Below are positions 62,200-64,000 of a DNA stretch of 64,000 nucleotides, one piece after another. Both the position numbers and the translations under genes were made by a program. Under the pieces are notes generated by a model that worked only from the letters and a program-made list of their open reading frames with translations, was not told the DNA's origin and did not search any database. Positions within the stretch are counted from its first letter, which is position 1. Each line of letters begins with the position of its first letter. This stretch comes from an uncultured delta proteobacterium (GTDB taxonomy: Bacteria > Desulfobacterota > Binatia > Binatales > Binataceae), in assembly GCA_963842085.1 (NCBI GenBank), contig CAWJET010000002.1:896001-960000 (forward strand). The letters are read 5' to 3'.

Positions 62200-62227
62200 G
62201 GGCACTGATCCCCTCGGCGCATGCCTC

Positions 62228-62569
62228 CTATCTCTGGCGCAGTGCCGCGAGTGCGTCTGCCGCAGTATCGAACACCTCGACGACCAGCGAGAAGCGGCTG
62301 ATCTCGAAAATCTCCTTGACCACCGGCCCCAGCGCAGCGACCGCGAGCCGTCCTTTCGACGCCTTCGATTGCTTCGATCCCATCATCAGCGCCCGCAAGC
62401 CGGCGCTCGAAATGTACTCGACGGCCGAAAAATCAACCAGCACGGCCGCGCCTGCCGGAGTCAGGGAGCTGAGCAGCCGGGCCTGGAAGGCAGGGCTCGT
62501 GTCGTTGTCGATCCGTCCCGCGGGAAGCAGGACCAGAATGTCGCCATCGTGCCGCTCGCCGATTTCCAC
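62228..62569 (-). CDS. STAS anti-anti-sigma factor
   Basis: GRID, VDFSAVEYISSAGLRAL, EIFEIS; GTG start with GGAGG RBS. Confidence 0.9.
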   Translation of the reverse strand: MEIGERHDGDILVLLPAGRIDNDTSPAFQARLLSSLTPAGAAVLVDFSAVEYISSAGLRALMMGSKQSKASKGRLAVAALGPVVKEIFEISRFSLVVEVFDTAADALAALRQR

Positions 62570-62735
62570 GGAAACCTCCGCGAATTTCCAGGCGCAAGAG
62601 TGAGAGTAATCTTTGAGCGACAATTCTCGACATTTCGTCGATGAGGCGCAAGCCGAAAGATCGATAGTGGATCGCGCGGCGAAAAGGATACGCCTATTGC
62701 CCGGGTCGGAGCCTTGGTCGTGCCGACCAGCAGCC

Positions 62736-63623
62736 TCAATCCGCTGGTGCAACTCGCACCGTTAGCACGTGAGGTCCGCGGAAGTAGCGGTCGAACTCGC
62801 CGCCGACGTAGTTCCAATTGTCATTCGGATTGAACCACGCGTCCATCGTTGGCATGAAAGGCGCCAGCAGCAGACCAAAGGCTCCGAGATCGGGCCGCAT
62901 ATCGAGGCGCACGAGATTGCCGGGGTATAGTGCCCACCGCTCCGCTCTGTCAGGACGCGACGCCATGACGCTGAAAATTTCCGGCCCCGGCACGCATGCG
63001 AACGCATGAAATCGGATTTCACGAGCCCCTTGCCTTAGACTTCCTACCACCATCATCAGCTCAGATGCGCCCGCGAAGGAATCGGCTGGAACATCAAGCT
63101 GCGACTTGCGCACTTTGATCTTGCCCGACGCGTAGCTCGTGCATGAGCCGACGCCGGATCCGGTGTCGAGCGTGTCGACCATATGGAGCGTGCCGTCGGC
63201 GTTGAAAAACTCGTGCTCATAGGTGTCGAGCCTGGGCGTGAAATCCGGAGTGGCAAGGTGTAGCCGTTCGTCTTCACTGTCGCGCTCCCCATCAAGGTAT
63301 CTGGTCTCGGCCTTGATCTCTTCGCTCGAGTCGTTCCGCGAGACCGTGAACCGCGTAGATCCGATTACTTGCCTGCCATCGGCACTCAAGATCTTGAGCT
63401 GGACGCCGCCCAAGGCGAGGGCGCCGGCAGAACCGGCCTCCAGCGCGGTTGCGCTCGTGCCGGCCAGCGTAAGCGAAAACACGGCCAGCAGTATCGTTTC
63501 CAAAGTCCGGGTCCGAAGTACGCGGCGCAATCGATCGTCAAATGCCGTGATAAATTTCCGACGCGAATTGCGTGGCGGTCGAATTGCGCCGGGGCACCGA
63601 GTTTGCGGCGCGATGACGGGCAA
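62736..63623 (-). CDS. Hypothetical secreted beta-rich protein
   Basis: Signal-like segment (ILLAVFSLTLAG), host-like codons; true start probably downstream of 63623. Confidence 0.55.
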   Translation of the reverse strand: MPVIAPQTRCPGAIRPPRNSRRKFITAFDDRLRRVLRTRTLETILLAVFSLTLAGTSATALEAGSAGALALGGVQLKILSADGRQVIGSTRFTVSRNDSSEEIKAETRYLDGERDSEDERLHLATPDFTPRLDTYEHEFFNADGTLHMVDTLDTGSGVGSCTSYASGKIKVRKSQLDVPADSFAGASELMMVVGSLRQGAREIRFHAFACVPGPEIFSVMASRPDRAERWALYPGNLVRLDMRPDLGAFGLLLAPFMPTMDAWFNPNDNWNYVGGEFDRYFRGPHVLTVRVAPAD

Positions 63624-64000
63624 TCAGCGCCTCCAGAATTTCCGGGATTTCGAACACCGCGCGGTTGTCGAATCTTTTTACCTTGGCGCGCAAGCGTTGG
63701 AGCTGCTCGCGATCAAGCATCGTCGACACCGCGCTCGCGATCTCCCGGAACGAGGGCAGCAGTACGCCGAAGCCATTTTGCGCGATCCAATCCGTGTTGA
63801 AACGCTCCTGCACCATCGTCCAGGCATTGCGCTCGACGATTACGGGCAGGCCCATAACCAGCGCCTCGCTGATGCTGCCCGGACCCGGCTTGCCGACAAA
63901 AAAATCCGCCAGCTTCATGAAGTAGGGAATTTCCTGGGTGAAGCCGACACAATGAACCGGATAGGGCAGCTTCATGCTTTCGATGTGCTCGCGCAGCTTG
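63538..64000 (-). CDS. GT28/MGDG-synthase-like glycosyltransferase, C-terminal part (runs off window)
   Basis: GFT..M..AD..GKPGPGSISEAL..GLP, QE..N. Confidence 0.8.
   Translation of the reverse strand, partial: KLREHIESMKLPYPVHCVGFTQEIPYFMKLADFFVGKPGPGSISEALVMGLPVIVERNAWTMVQERFNTDWIAQNGFGVLLPSFREIASAVSTMLDREQLQRLRAKVKRFDNRAVFEIPEILEALIARHRAANSVPRRNSTATQFASEIYHGI

Overview
GC-rich bacterial chromosome segment with about 60 genes. Gene style suggests a soil deltaproteobacteria-like lineage such as Ca. Binatota, which is a weak inference. In order it holds: redox and housekeeping genes; an ECF sigma/anti-sigma operon; xdhC-mocA; a Tad/Flp pilus locus with several lesions and an unannotated flp gene plus a truncated second pilin copy; a caa3 oxidase/cytochrome bc operon; and pgi. 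Next is a ~3.2 kb island bounded by imperfect inverted repeats, containing a decayed vapBC, an IS1595-family element with passenger DNA and a perfect parS site. The rest holds a hybrid kinase, tRNA-Lys, an sqdB/GT2/sulfotransferase cluster, frameshifted gabT, a CYTH-like gene with a ChrA pair, a DUF1329 gene, a second vapBC, and a FecR/OmpA/CHASE2-PP2C/MBL/STAS/anti-sigma cluster. Two closely related sigma-54 activators lacking sensory domains lie 31 kb apart. The strongest novelty candidates are the A-biased synonymous recoding of pgi beside the island repeat, the CHASE2-PP2C partner-switching module, and the twin-activator/sigma-54/Flp circuit. All calls come from motif recognition by eye; no searches were run.
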